From NCBI GenBank assembly GCA_045606425.1, contig JAZURV010000013.1:1199-65198 (forward strand): a DNA stretch of 64,000 bases, given 5' to 3'. This stretch comes from Candidatus Enterousia sp. (GTDB taxonomy: Bacteria; Pseudomonadota; Alphaproteobacteria; Rs-D84). Shown here piece after piece: positions 1 through 10,172 of this stretch (within the stretch, counting starts at the first letter, position 1; each line of letters starts with the position of its first letter). The translations under genes and the position numbers were made by a program. The notes beneath the pieces are model-generated. The model was not told where the DNA came from. It did not search any database and worked only from the letters and a program-made list of their open reading frames with translations.

Positions 1-446
1 GAAAACAAGAACTGATGCAGTTATTGGAAGTTGAAAACGCATATACTCTTTATATGGCGTCGTTAAAGGGTAATATCGCAGTTATGGATAAAATAGATAA
101 ACTGCGCGGATTTACCAAAGATGAAGACGACCAAGAATTGGCAGAAGATTCACGAATCGAATTTAATCAGGCTATCGAAGTCGTGACCAGTTACAGCAAG
201 ATGTTAAAGTCTATCAAGGAAACATTCGAAAGCGTCATCAATATCGATTCGAATACTTACATCAACCGGTTGACGGTCTGGAACATTATTTTGATGGTCC
301 CCAGTGTTTTGGTTGGGTATTACGGTATGAATATGGAATTACCATATGTGGAACATACTCATTTGTCGCTGGTGATATTCATTTCGATAATGGTATTATT
401 GACAGGGTACGGTTTATACACTATTGCGCGTCGTCGTGTGTTTTAA
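1..446 (+). CDS. corA: CorA-family Mg2+/Co2+ transporter, C-terminal part (5' end lies outside the window)
   Basis: Reading frame is open to the window edge. The C-terminus has two hydrophobic helices flanking YGMNMELP, the GMN signature of CorA. Confidence 0.8.
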   Translation, partial: KQELMQLLEVENAYTLYMASLKGNIAVMDKIDKLRGFTKDEDDQELAEDSRIEFNQAIEVVTSYSKMLKSIKETFESVINIDSNTYINRLTVWNIILMVPSVLVGYYGMNMELPYVEHTHLSLVIFISIMVLLTGYGLYTIARRRVF

Positions 447-469
447 AAAAATCGCCAAACGGCGATTTT

Positions 470-1030
470 TTATTTATACAATTTGTTGTAAATATAATTA
501 AAGTTTGTGTCAATTTCGTCGCCTGGCAAATGAATGTCCAAAAATTCCAGATTTTCCTGATTTGACAACCATTCAATCGCAGGCATAGTTGTTGTCTTGA
601 ATGATTCAATGCGTTTGCGGACAGCGTTTTCGTCGTTGTCGTCTGCGCGATTCCCGCCCTCTTTTATTCTGTTTTGAATATGCGCCAACATTGTTTCTTC
701 GCTGATGTTCAAAAAGATGATTTTGATGTTAAATTTATCTGAAAAATTATCTATCAGCCATGTTGCCTGACCAATGGTGCGCGGAAACCCGTCCAGGATT
801 ATGTCTGAATCTGTGGTTATGTGGGGTGCAATTATTGGAAATAAATCTGTGTCGCCAACCAATTCGCCGCGTGAAATTTTTTGTTTTATGTCAGAATCCG
901 CAGGCATTGCGCGCAAGATTGCGCCCGCTTCGACATAATTGAATTTGTGTTTCTGCATCAGTAATTTTGCAAATGTTCCCTTGCCAGAACCCTGGCCGCC
1001 CATAAAGATAATCATTTGTGGTTTTGTCAT
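470..1030 (-). CDS. adk: Adenylate kinase (short form)
   Basis: P-loop IIFMGGQGSGKGT, followed by GELVGD and ILDGFPRT motifs typical of Adk. 186 aa. Confidence 0.9.
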   Translation of the reverse strand: MTKPQMIIFMGGQGSGKGTFAKLLMQKHKFNYVEAGAILRAMPADSDIKQKISRGELVGDTDLFPIIAPHITTDSDIILDGFPRTIGQATWLIDNFSDKFNIKIIFLNISEETMLAHIQNRIKEGGNRADDNDENAVRKRIESFKTTTMPAIEWLSNQENLEFLDIHLPGDEIDTNFNYIYNKLYK

Positions 1031-1090
1031 AAAAATCCCCTTTCGTTTATGCGTGGGTATTATAGAGTATTTTGAATGCCCAAATCAAAT

Positions 1091-1118
1091 AAAAAATCCC
1101 ACGATTGTGGGATTTTTG
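1091..1118. terminator. Bidirectional intrinsic terminator between adk and rpsA
   Basis: Hairpin AAATCCCAC-GATT-GTGGGATTT, flanked by an A-run upstream and a T-run downstream. Confidence 0.7.
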
Positions 1119-1138
1119 TTTTCTGAAAATTGCAAAAA

Positions 1139-2851
1139 TTATTTTTTGCTGTTTTCGATTGCGGCACCCAAGATGTCACCCAAAACAGAACCAGAATCTG
1201 CTTCGTTTGCAAATTCTTTAACGGCTTGTTTTTCCAGTGTCACTTGCAATGCGCGTACAGACAATTTTACATTGTTGCCGTCAACAGAAACAACAGATGC
1301 TTCTACTGAATCACCAACATTGTATTTAGATGTGTCTTGTTCTGCTTTTTCACGGGATAAATCTGTTCTGCGGATTGTGCCACGAACATCACCTGGCAGG
1401 GCCAAGACCAATTCGTCTGGTGTGATTTCAGAAACTGTTCCGCATACAACTGCACCTTTCTTGATTGTGGTGTTGTTGTTTTCGGCACCTTCGGTCAATT
1501 GTTTGATACCCAAAGTGATGCGTTCTTTTTCTGGGTTGATGTCCAAAATTTTCGCTGTGACTTCCTGGCCACGAACGAATTTTTTCAATTCTTCTTCGTC
1601 CAGTTTGTTCCAGGACAAATCGGAAATATGAATCATACCATCTAAATCAGGTGTCAATGCAACGAACAAACCGAATTCAGTTGTGTTTTTGATTGGACCT
1701 GTGATTACATCGCCAACTTTGTGGGATTCTGCAAATTCTTTCCATGGGTTTGGTTGCAATTGTTTATAACCCAAAGAAATACGGCGTTTTTCTTGGTCGA
1801 TGTCCAAGACAACAACGTTGATTTCTTGACCGTTTTGCAAGACTTTGCTTGGGTGAATGTTTTTGTTTGTCCATGACAATTCAGACATGTGTACCAAACC
1901 TTCGATATTGTTGCCCAAGTCAATAAATGCACCGTAATCTGTCAAAGAAGATACTTTGCCGGTCACTGTATCGCCAACATTGAATGCCTTTGATGCGGTT
2001 TCCCATGGGTCTTCTTCCAATTGTTTTGCACCCAACGAAATACGATGAGATTCTGGGTCGAATTGGATAACTTTGACCTTGATTTTTTCACCAACATGAA
2101 CCAATTCACGTGGGTGGTTGATGCGTTTCCAGGACAAATCTGTCACGTGCAACAAACCGTCAACACCGCCCAAATCAACGAACACACCGTAATCTGTGAT
2201 GTTTTTAACGGTTCCTTCCAATACAGCACCCAATGAAATGTTTTTCATTGCTTCTGCCTGTTGTGCAGCGATAGTGTCTGCCTGAATCGCGCGACGGGAA
2301 ACAATTGCGTTTGTGCGCAAAGCGTCCATTTTCAAAACGCGGAATTTGTCTTTCAAACCAATCAAAGATTTTGCATCGCGTATTGGTTTGTGGTCAACCT
2401 GAGATGAAGGCATAAATGCGAACACACCGTTGATGTCCACTGTATAACCACCACGAACGACATCGATAATGGTTCCTTCTGGGTCGATACCTTCGGCAAC
2501 AGTCTTTTCCAATTCTTTCCATGCTTTTTCAGCGCGGGCCTTGGTATAAGACAAAATCGCAGTTCCTTCGCGGGATTCGTATCTTTCAACGAAAACATCG
2601 ATAATGTCACCAACAGATGGGACAGATGCACCGAATTCTTTTAATGGAATGCGACCTTCGGATTTCAAACCAACATCAACCATGGCAAAATCGCCACGAA
2701 TGTCTTTGACGGTTCCTTTTGTAGCATAACCCTGCAAAGTTTCCTGGGTTCCATAGTTTTTATCAAACATCTGGACGAAATCTTCGCCGGATAATGGATT
2801 AAATAAATCTTTGGATAAATCTTTCATAGAATTTATAACAAAGTTTGCCAT
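1139..2851 (-). CDS. rpsA: 30S ribosomal protein S1
   Basis: 570 aa with six repeated S1 (OB-fold) domains, each showing patterns such as G.V....G.FVDLGG.DGLLH.S. Confidence 0.95.
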   Translation of the reverse strand: MANFVINSMKDLSKDLFNPLSGEDFVQMFDKNYGTQETLQGYATKGTVKDIRGDFAMVDVGLKSEGRIPLKEFGASVPSVGDIIDVFVERYESREGTAILSYTKARAEKAWKELEKTVAEGIDPEGTIIDVVRGGYTVDINGVFAFMPSSQVDHKPIRDAKSLIGLKDKFRVLKMDALRTNAIVSRRAIQADTIAAQQAEAMKNISLGAVLEGTVKNITDYGVFVDLGGVDGLLHVTDLSWKRINHPRELVHVGEKIKVKVIQFDPESHRISLGAKQLEEDPWETASKAFNVGDTVTGKVSSLTDYGAFIDLGNNIEGLVHMSELSWTNKNIHPSKVLQNGQEINVVVLDIDQEKRRISLGYKQLQPNPWKEFAESHKVGDVITGPIKNTTEFGLFVALTPDLDGMIHISDLSWNKLDEEELKKFVRGQEVTAKILDINPEKERITLGIKQLTEGAENNNTTIKKGAVVCGTVSEITPDELVLALPGDVRGTIRRTDLSREKAEQDTSKYNVGDSVEASVVSVDGNNVKLSVRALQVTLEKQAVKEFANEADSGSVLGDILGAAIENSKK

Positions 2852-2964
2852 CGCCCTATTTCTTTTTTATTAAAAAGACGAGGTCTTGTGGGGTTCATCG
2901 GATTGACATTCGCGCCCACCCGCGAAAATCAAGCCTATTATATATGTAAAAATCATGAAAATCA

Positions 2965-2996
2965 AGAAAAAACCGCCCTTTTTGTGGCGGTTTTGT
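2965..2996. terminator. Intrinsic terminator downstream of thyA (bidirectional hairpin)
   Basis: AACCGCC-CTTTTTGT-GGCGGTT stem-loop with an A-run before it and a T-run after it. Confidence 0.65.
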
Positions 2997-3001
2997 TGTT
3001 T

Positions 3002-3955
3002 TTATCTGGCGACATCTGCCTTGATGGATTGTTGACAGATGTAATTCCGTAACAAGAAACTGTCTTTTGCGTGCCAATTCAGCATGCCCTGCCAGTTTTC
3101 GTTGAACAGGTTGACTGTTGGTAATTTGAACGGTTTGCGTGATAATTGTTCTTTTACCTGGGGTATGTGGTTTTCGTAAATGTGCACATCGTGCAATTCG
3201 CCACGCAAAATACCTGGTTTGTATCCCAATTCTTTGGCATAAAGCAATAACAACAGTGCATAAGACGCAATATTATAAGGTATTCCCAAAAACATGTCGC
3301 ATGAACGCTGGGTCCAAATCAGATTCAATTTTCCGTTATGAATTAAAATTTGGTGCATAACATGACATGGTGGTAATGCCATTTTGTCCTGGTCAACCGG
3401 ATTCCAGGCATTGACAATCAAACGACGATTGTTTGGGTCGGTCTTCGCGGTTTCAATAACATTTTTTAATTGGTCAACACCAGGTTTGTTTGGATTAAAA
3501 TTGTCTTTCGGGTTGTCTGGGGTCCATTTATATTCGCCACCAAAATGACGCCATTGCCAACCATAGACGGGCCCCAAATCGCGTGCATCATTCATCGCGC
3601 TGTTTCTGATTTCTGTGTCTTGTTCTTTGGTCAATTGTGTGCCGGATTTTTGTGCCGCCTGTACGCGTTCTTGGTACAACGGTGTCCAGGCATCTTTGTT
3701 CGCCCATTCGTCCCAAATATGGCAATTTCTGTCTTGTAACCATTTTTTATCTGTATAGCCGTGGATAAAAAATTCTAATTCAGTGGAAACATTTTTTAAT
3801 CCAACTTTTTTAGTCGTCAACAGCGGAAATCCGTCTGACATATCGTGTTCAAATGTCGCGCCCCATGGAATACGGATTGTTGGGATTCCAGTACGGTTAT
3901 CAGATTTTGTCCCGTTTGTTAAACAATTGTCCAAAATATCTAAATATGCTTTCAT
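3002..3955 (-). CDS. thyA: Thymidylate synthase ThyA with two internal insertions
   Basis: Motifs RTG.PT, FPLLTTKK, LGPVYG.QWR, RR.IV.AWNP, LPPCH and DMFLG.P.NIASYALL. Start moved to the internal ATG (MKAYLDIL), which follows an AAGGA. The ORF track begins 24 nt upstream at 3979. Confidence 0.9.
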   Translation of the reverse strand: MKAYLDILDNCLTNGTKSDNRTGIPTIRIPWGATFEHDMSDGFPLLTTKKVGLKNVSTELEFFIHGYTDKKWLQDRNCHIWDEWANKDAWTPLYQERVQAAQKSGTQLTKEQDTEIRNSAMNDARDLGPVYGWQWRHFGGEYKWTPDNPKDNFNPNKPGVDQLKNVIETAKTDPNNRRLIVNAWNPVDQDKMALPPCHVMHQILIHNGKLNLIWTQRSCDMFLGIPYNIASYALLLLLYAKELGYKPGILRGELHDVHIYENHIPQVKEQLSRKPFKLPTVNLFNENWQGMLNWHAKDSFLLRNYICQQSIKADVAR

Positions 3956-4010
3956 TCTTTTGTCCTTTGTTTTTCGCACATATTAAAAGAAATAAATGGT
4001 TTTGCAAGAA

Positions 4011-4035
4011 AAAACCGCCCGTTTTGGGCGGTTTT
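4011..4035. terminator. Intrinsic terminator downstream of tig
   Basis: AAAACCGCCC-GTTT-TGGGCGGTTTT hairpin with flanking A and T runs. Confidence 0.7.
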
Positions 4036-4036
4036 C

Positions 4037-5335
4037 TTATTTTACAGATGCCTGTTTAAACAATTCATCGGCAGGAACCGATTTTTCTTTTTGTTTCACA
4101 TGCGTCAACATTGTATCCAACGCCTTTCTTTCAAAAATCATACCGCGCAACATCGCGACAGCGTTTTGGTTTTTGTTATAAAATTCAAAGATTTGTTTTG
4201 GGTCAGGATAACGCGATGCTTCGTTCCAGATTGCCTGTTGCAGGTCATCGCGGGTCACTTCGACTTTGTTTTGTGTGCCCCATTCTGCCAAAATCAGTCC
4301 CAATTTTACACGGCGTTCTGCGTCTTTCTTTTCTTTCTTTTCGTCCCATTTATGGTCATGACCGTGTTCGGCATTATGATGTTCGTGTTCTGATTTTGCC
4401 ATTTCCAATTCTTGGGCAACCAGTGATTCTGGCAAATCCAGTTTGACTTTGTCTGCCAAAACATCTAATAATTCGTTGCGCATTTCCTGTTGCGCGGCGG
4501 CGGCATATTGGTCAGTAATAATATTGCGAATATGTTCTTTTAATTTTTCAACAGATTCTTGACCAACTTCCTTTGCCAATTCATCGTTCATTTCTGGCAA
4601 AATGTGTTTGCGTACTTCGTGAACTTTGACTTCAAATCTGGCTTTCTTGCCAGCCAGGTTTTCTGCATGATATTCTTTTGGAAATGTGACATTTACATCG
4701 AATTCATCGCCCGCCTTGTGACCGATAACCTGGTCTTCGAATCCTGGGATAAATGCGCCCGAACCCAAAATCAAATGATGTTTTGTTGCGGCGCCACCTT
4801 CGAATGCTTCTTTACCCAGAAATCCTTTGAAATCTATCACGGCAACATCGCCATTTTGTGCGACATATTTGTCGTCTTGTTTTTCGGCAACACTGCGTGA
4901 TTTACGGATATTTTCGATTGCGGTATCGACTTCCTTTTCGTCCAGTTTAGCAACTTTTTTTGTCACAGTGATTTTTTCCAAATCAATTTCAGGCAGGGTT
5001 GGTAAAATGTCAAATTCCAGTGAATATTCAACATCTTTGCCCATTTCGAAACCGGCCATGTCAACCTTTGGCTGGGCGGCCAGGCGAATTTTCTTTTCGT
5101 CCAAATACTTTTGTAAATCAGCATTTAATGCCTTGTCAATGGCTTCGCCCCATGCAGATGCGTTGTATTTTTGACGCAATACAGATAATGGAATGTGTCC
5201 AGGACGGAAACCAGGCATTTTTGCGGTTTTTCCAAATTCTGTTAAAACTTCATCTGCGGCAGTTTGAATGTCTGCTGCGGCAATTTTTCCGGATACTGAA
5301 TAATGTAAATCTTTAACTTTTTCTTTTGTAAACAT
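4037..5335 (-). CDS. tig: Trigger factor
   Basis: 432 aa. N-terminal ribosome-binding region contains GFRPGH.P, followed by a central FKBP-type PPIase segment (DF.G) and a C-terminal helical arm. Confidence 0.9.
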   Translation of the reverse strand: MFTKEKVKDLHYSVSGKIAAADIQTAADEVLTEFGKTAKMPGFRPGHIPLSVLRQKYNASAWGEAIDKALNADLQKYLDEKKIRLAAQPKVDMAGFEMGKDVEYSLEFDILPTLPEIDLEKITVTKKVAKLDEKEVDTAIENIRKSRSVAEKQDDKYVAQNGDVAVIDFKGFLGKEAFEGGAATKHHLILGSGAFIPGFEDQVIGHKAGDEFDVNVTFPKEYHAENLAGKKARFEVKVHEVRKHILPEMNDELAKEVGQESVEKLKEHIRNIITDQYAAAAQQEMRNELLDVLADKVKLDLPESLVAQELEMAKSEHEHHNAEHGHDHKWDEKKEKKDAERRVKLGLILAEWGTQNKVEVTRDDLQQAIWNEASRYPDPKQIFEFYNKNQNAVAMLRGMIFERKALDTMLTHVKQKEKSVPADELFKQASVK

Positions 5336-5410
5336 ATTTTGTCCTTTGGATAGATAAACTGGGGGTGATTATACAAATATTTTTTAGAAAACGCAACATA
5401 ATATTCTGAT

Positions 5411-5438
5411 AAAAAAGAACCGCCAAAATGGCGGTTCC
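5411..5438 (-). terminator. Intrinsic terminator downstream of rpsI
   Basis: GAACCGCC-AAAAT-GGCGGTTC hairpin followed, on the minus strand, by a T-run. Confidence 0.7.
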
Positions 5439-5459
5439 AAATACACAATTTGAAACGAT

Positions 5460-5975
5460 TTAACGTTTGCTGAACTGTGTTGAACGACGTGCCTTGTGGA
5501 AACCGTAGTGTTTACGTTCGACAACACGGCTGTCGCGGGTCAAGAATCCAGCGGCCTTTAATGCCTTTCTTAAATCTGGTTCTGCCTTTTCCAATGCTTT
5601 GGAAATACCGTGTTTTACGGCGCCTGCCTGACCAGACAGACCACCGCCCATAACCATGGCTACAACATCGTATGCACCATCGCGTTTTGTCACATCAAAT
5701 GGTTGAACTAAAATCATTTGCAACACAGGGCGTTTGAAATAAGTTGTCATTTCTGTGCCGTTGATTGTGATTTTGCCTTTGCCTGGCATCAAATATACGC
5801 GTGCAACAGAATCTTTTCTTTTGCCAGTTGCGTATATGGCGCCGGATAATTTTACTGATGCAACTGGTGTTTTTGCTGCAGCTGTTTTTGCAGTCGCTTT
5901 CTTTGCAGGGGCTGCTTTCTTTGCAGGTGTTTTAGCGGCTGTTTTTGTCGCTGTTGTTTTCTTTGTTTCTGTCAT
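5460..5975 (-). CDS. rpsI: 30S ribosomal protein S9 with an Ala/Lys/Thr-rich N-terminal extension
   Basis: C-terminal 125 aa show GKRK...AR, GGG..GQA.A..HGI..AL and RD.R..ERKK.G..KARR..Q.SKR. The first ~45 aa are low complexity. Confidence 0.95.
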   Translation of the reverse strand: MTETKKTTATKTAAKTPAKKAAPAKKATAKTAAAKTPVASVKLSGAIYATGKRKDSVARVYLMPGKGKITINGTEMTTYFKRPVLQMILVQPFDVTKRDGAYDVVAMVMGGGLSGQAGAVKHGISKALEKAEPDLRKALKAAGFLTRDSRVVERKHYGFHKARRSTQFSKR

Positions 5976-6448
5976 TATTCGCCCCTTTTGTTTTTACGAT
6001 TCAATGAACCAAAATCTATAACGGTTGGGTTTTGTGCAGCGTGTTTGTGTTCGTTGCCAGCATAAACATGCAATTTTGTCAAACGTTTGTTTGCCAATGC
6101 AACCGCTGTGCGACGCCCCATCATGCGTTTTACTGCGTTTGTAATCAGTTTTTCTGGCTTTTCAGAACGCATTTGACCCAATGTTCTTTCTTTTGTGCTG
6201 CCGGTCCATAAAGAGTGCCAAAAGAATTTTGTTTTTTCATCTTTGTGACCTGTCAGGGCAACCTTGTCCGCGTTGATGATAATAACATGATCGCCACAAT
6301 CCATGTTTGGTGTCCATGTTGGTTTGTTTTTACCGCGCAGGATGTTCGCTGTGAATGCAGCCAAACGACCCAATGTGCAGTTTGTCGCGTCAATCAGATA
6401 CCATTTGGCTTCCAATTCACACTTTTTCAATGATTTTGTTTGTGCCAT
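5975..6448 (-). CDS. rplM: 50S ribosomal protein L13
   Basis: WYLIDA....GRLA......LRGK.KP..TP..D.GD.VI..NA pattern. It sits directly upstream of rpsI, the canonical rplM-rpsI operon. Confidence 0.95.
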   Translation of the reverse strand: MAQTKSLKKCELEAKWYLIDATNCTLGRLAAFTANILRGKNKPTWTPNMDCGDHVIIINADKVALTGHKDEKTKFFWHSLWTGSTKERTLGQMRSEKPEKLITNAVKRMMGRRTAVALANKRLTKLHVYAGNEHKHAAQNPTVIDFGSLNRKNKRGE

Positions 6449-6550
6449 TGTTTTTTACCTTTTTAGTGTTTGTTAAAAATAGCGTGCCTATTATGTTTCA
6501 AACAGGCACAAAAGTCAAGAAAAATCGTTATGGTATTATAATACCGTATG

Positions 6551-8209
6551 TCACATCTCGCTTGGAATCTTTAATCCCATTAAACCGATTGCTGTGGACA
6601 AAGTGTCCAATGCTAACTTTGCAATGTACAAACGCCCTGCCCGGGTTTGTTCGTCAATATCGTCACGCAAAATTGGACAATTATGATAGAAATTGTTCGT
6701 CAATTGACACAAATCATACGCATAATTTGCAATCATGTCTGTGGCACGGTTTTCATAGGCAGACAAAACAGTTTTGTCGAAATCCATAATTTCAATCAGT
6801 AAATTGCGTTCTTCGTTTGACAAATCAAAATGTGATGGTTTGACAACATTTCCCCCGGCGCGTTTTAATACAGAATTTAAACGAACCGCAGTATATAAAA
6901 TGTACGGACCTGTTTTTCCTTCGAAACTGGTAATGGCAGATGGGTCAAAGATATAATCTGATTTTACATCGTGAATTAAATCGTTAAATTTGACCGCAGC
7001 CAATGCGATTGCGTTTATTGTATCGGTATCTAACTGTTTGTCGGACGCGGCAACGCGTTCCCGAACAGCGTTTTCCACTGTGTCAAGAATGTCTGTTAAA
7101 TTGGCAACGCCGCCATCGCGTGTTTTGAATGGTTTGCCGTCCGCCCCAGTCAGTGCACCAAATCCTGTGTGGAACAATTCAGCGTGTGTTATATCTGCCA
7201 TTTTTGCAACACGGAAAACCTGATTAAAGTGTAATGATTGGCGCGAATCTGTGAAATAGCCAATAACATCTGGGTTGTCTGTTTTTGTGCGATAATATAT
7301 CGCAGACAAATCTGCCGCAGCATAGGTTTGTGTGCCTGTCGATGTGCGGAACATCAGTGGCGGCATTGGCGCGCGGTCTGAATCATTTTTCACATTCACA
7401 ATCAGTGCGCCGTCATCTTTTTCCAGTAAATTTTTAGATTCCAGAATTTTTTGTGTGTCGGCAACATAGTCTGCGACCCCGCGTTCGCCCATCGTCATGT
7501 CAAACGGCATTACATTTAATCGCACCAACACATCGTCCATTTGTTTTAATGATATTTTCATAAATTCATCATAAATTTTGCGATATTCTGGATTGCCTGC
7601 CTGTAATTCGGCAGTTATTTGACGCGCGTGTTCCATCCATGTTTCGTCTTCTTTGGCGCGCTCAGATGATAACGGATAAAAGGTGTTTAATTCGTCTGCG
7701 GTGTCTGGCATGCCGTGTTCCAGAATCCATGCGATAACCAGTCCCATCGGGCGACCCCAATCGCCGATATGATTATAACTTTTGGTGGTATGTCCAACGA
7801 ATTTAGTGATTCTGTTGAAAGTGTCGCCAACGATTGTTGTGCGCAGATGCCCGATATGTAAAGCTTTGCCCACATTATAGCCTGCATAGTCCAGGTCTAT
7901 TTTCAAAGGTTTTTCAGAAACCATTTGTTTTGGTGCGGTTGCATTCTGCAAAATAAATTCGTCGCGGATTCTGATGTTTATGAATCCCGGGCCGGCGACG
8001 GAAACATCTGATACGAAATCCAGTTCTTTTAATAATGGAACATATTCGTTTGCCAATTCGCGCGGATTTTTGCCAGCCAATTTTGCGCCAACCATCGCGG
8101 CATTTGTAGCGAAATCGCCAAAATCACGATTTTTTGGTACATCCAGTTTGGCTTCGAATCCCAGTTTGTTGTTTATTGCATCAGATACATATTTATGTAA
8201 ATTCATCAT
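6551..8209 (-). CDS. argS: Arginine--tRNA ligase
   Basis: 552 aa with the class I HIGH variant (ALHIGHLR) and a C-terminal DALR anticodon-binding pattern. Length and layout are typical of ArgS. Confidence 0.93.
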   Translation of the reverse strand: MMNLHKYVSDAINNKLGFEAKLDVPKNRDFGDFATNAAMVGAKLAGKNPRELANEYVPLLKELDFVSDVSVAGPGFINIRIRDEFILQNATAPKQMVSEKPLKIDLDYAGYNVGKALHIGHLRTTIVGDTFNRITKFVGHTTKSYNHIGDWGRPMGLVIAWILEHGMPDTADELNTFYPLSSERAKEDETWMEHARQITAELQAGNPEYRKIYDEFMKISLKQMDDVLVRLNVMPFDMTMGERGVADYVADTQKILESKNLLEKDDGALIVNVKNDSDRAPMPPLMFRTSTGTQTYAAADLSAIYYRTKTDNPDVIGYFTDSRQSLHFNQVFRVAKMADITHAELFHTGFGALTGADGKPFKTRDGGVANLTDILDTVENAVRERVAASDKQLDTDTINAIALAAVKFNDLIHDVKSDYIFDPSAITSFEGKTGPYILYTAVRLNSVLKRAGGNVVKPSHFDLSNEERNLLIEIMDFDKTVLSAYENRATDMIANYAYDLCQLTNNFYHNCPILRDDIDEQTRAGRLYIAKLALDTLSTAIGLMGLKIPSEM

Positions 8210-8227
8210 AAATCCATTTTGTTTTAT

Positions 8228-9508
8228 TTATAAAGGTAATACCACGCGAACTTTTAATCCACCCAGTTCACTGTTTTCCAAGAATATCTGTCCGCCATGA
8301 TTTTCAATGGCTGTTTTTGCGATGGATAATCCCAAACCAGTGCCACCGGTCAATTCGCTGCGCGATTCGTCCAGACGAACAAATGGTTGTAATGCCAACT
8401 CTTTTTTGTCATCAGGGATACCGATTCCGTCGTCTTCTATTATGACTGTCACAGATTCGTCAGAATCCGTTTCTGTGATTTTTAAAGTTTTCTTTGTAAA
8501 GCGCGCGGCGTTTTCAATGATGTTTGTGAATGCACTGGTCAGCGCATTTGGTCGTGCGTAAAATTGGACAGGTTCTTCTGGGAATTGTAAAACAATGTTC
8601 TTTTTTGGGGCTGCGTCGCGGGCAATCCGTGTCAGCATAGCCGGTAATTCTACGGCCTGTTCTATCTCTGGAGTTTCGCCACGGGCAAACGCCAGATACC
8701 CATTTACCATTTCGCTCATTCTGTCGATTTCGTGTAATAAATCCTGTTTGTCGGCAGAATCAGTTTCAATTGCCAGGCGCATGCGCGTCAATGGGGTTTT
8801 TAAATCGTGGCCCACAGCGTTTAACATGTCTGTCCTGGTTTTGTTGTACCGATTCAGCCGCTCTTTCATTGTTATCATGGCGTGCGCTGCTTCGCGGATT
8901 TCCATTGAACCGCTGGGTTGAAATCCGGGAACATCCATACCGCGTCCGAATTTGTTTGCTGCCTTTGCAATACGGCGAATACTGCGCGTGTGCGCGATAA
9001 CAAACGGGGTTATTAAAACGGATACAATCAGTATTGCGCCCAACACCCATAACAAGAAAACTTCTGTGCTGGTGGAATATATACGGTGCATACTGGTTGC
9101 GAAAGTAGCAATTTTGTTATCCTGGGTTGGAACATCGATAAATATTAAACGTTTTCCGCGGTCAATGTAAACAGCAGTTGGTTTTTCTATGCGTTGTTGT
9201 AATTCTGATACCAACGGGCCTGCTTCGCGTGATTTGTTGTCGTTTTCGCGTGGTCTGTTTAATTTTTCATTTATTGAAACATTTATACCAATGTCGTTTG
9301 CCAGCATTTTCACAGCATTGGTATTGCCTGCGTCCATAAAGTGCACCATTGTCGCAACTTCGCCTGCCAATGTGCGCGCCAGCGTTTCGTGTACTTTTTT
9401 CCAATGGTTGCCAAAGAAAGAATTTGCGACAATCAGTAATGCCACCACCATCGGCACCAGTACCATCAAAATTGTACGCCCCAGAAAACTGCGCGGTATA
9501 ATTCTCAT
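8228..9508 (-). CDS. Membrane sensor histidine kinase (EnvZ/PhoR-like)
   Basis: Two TM segments, an H-box (GHDLKTPLTRMRL), an N-box (ENAARFT), G1 (DDGIGIP) and G2 (GGTGLGLSI). Confidence 0.85.
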   Translation of the reverse strand: MRIIPRSFLGRTILMVLVPMVVALLIVANSFFGNHWKKVHETLARTLAGEVATMVHFMDAGNTNAVKMLANDIGINVSINEKLNRPRENDNKSREAGPLVSELQQRIEKPTAVYIDRGKRLIFIDVPTQDNKIATFATSMHRIYSTSTEVFLLWVLGAILIVSVLITPFVIAHTRSIRRIAKAANKFGRGMDVPGFQPSGSMEIREAAHAMITMKERLNRYNKTRTDMLNAVGHDLKTPLTRMRLAIETDSADKQDLLHEIDRMSEMVNGYLAFARGETPEIEQAVELPAMLTRIARDAAPKKNIVLQFPEEPVQFYARPNALTSAFTNIIENAARFTKKTLKITETDSDESVTVIIEDDGIGIPDDKKELALQPFVRLDESRSELTGGTGLGLSIAKTAIENHGGQIFLENSELGGLKVRVVLPL

Positions 9509-9520
9509 TTAACATCCTTT

Positions 9521-10153
9521 TTAGTGTTTGTTTGTGACAATTTTATATCCCATGCCACGAACAGTTATAATATCTGTATCTGATAATACACCATTTATTT
9601 TATTGCGCAAGCGTTTTGCAACCATCGGCGTTGCACGAACAATGTTTCCAATTGGATTGGTTAGTTGCTGTAATAATTTTTTTTCTTCCAAAGACAGCGA
9701 AAGCATTTTGTTCGCCCCACTTTCAGATTTTATGAAAAATTCGTCATCTGCGAATAATAAACCAAACGAACTGTTTTGCGGGGTGCGCCGTGTGTCTTTT
9801 GTTATATTATTCAGGCGCAATACCAATTCTTTTAATTGAAAAGGTTTTGCCATATAATCATTTGCACCACCAGATAATCCGTCAATGGCGTTGTCTGGAC
9901 CGGACAGCGCGGTCAGCATTATAACAGGCGTTTCGTTCCCGTTTAATCGCAATTGTTTCAGAAAACTTAGCCCGTCCATGCCGTCCATCATGCGGTCCAA
10001 AACCATTGCGTCAACATAAATACGGGACAAAATCTGGTTTGCTTCATCGGCAGATTGGGCAGTTATAACCCCAAAACCATTTTGACGCAATCCGTTGGCC
10101 AAACTGGTTCGTAAAATTTTGTCATCGTCAACAACCAGAATATTCTTAGTCAT
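9521..10153 (-). CDS. OmpR-family response regulator (compact)
   Basis: Receiver domain (ILVVDDD, LDRMMDGMDG, DYMAKPF) plus a short winged-helix C-terminus ending in VRGMGYKIV. It sits directly upstream of the kinase. Confidence 0.8.
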   Translation of the reverse strand: MTKNILVVDDDKILRTSLANGLRQNGFGVITAQSADEANQILSRIYVDAMVLDRMMDGMDGLSFLKQLRLNGNETPVIMLTALSGPDNAIDGLSGGANDYMAKPFQLKELVLRLNNITKDTRRTPQNSSFGLLFADDEFFIKSESGANKMLSLSLEEKKLLQQLTNPIGNIVRATPMVAKRLRNKINGVLSDTDIITVRGMGYKIVTNKH

Positions 10154-10172
10154 TCTTGTTATGGTTTTGGTA

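Noticed and set aside
939-1631. 230-aa plus-strand ORF
   Set aside because: It lies entirely antisense to rpsA, has low-complexity Ser/Phe-rich content and has no RBS. It is a shadow ORF of a highly expressed gene.
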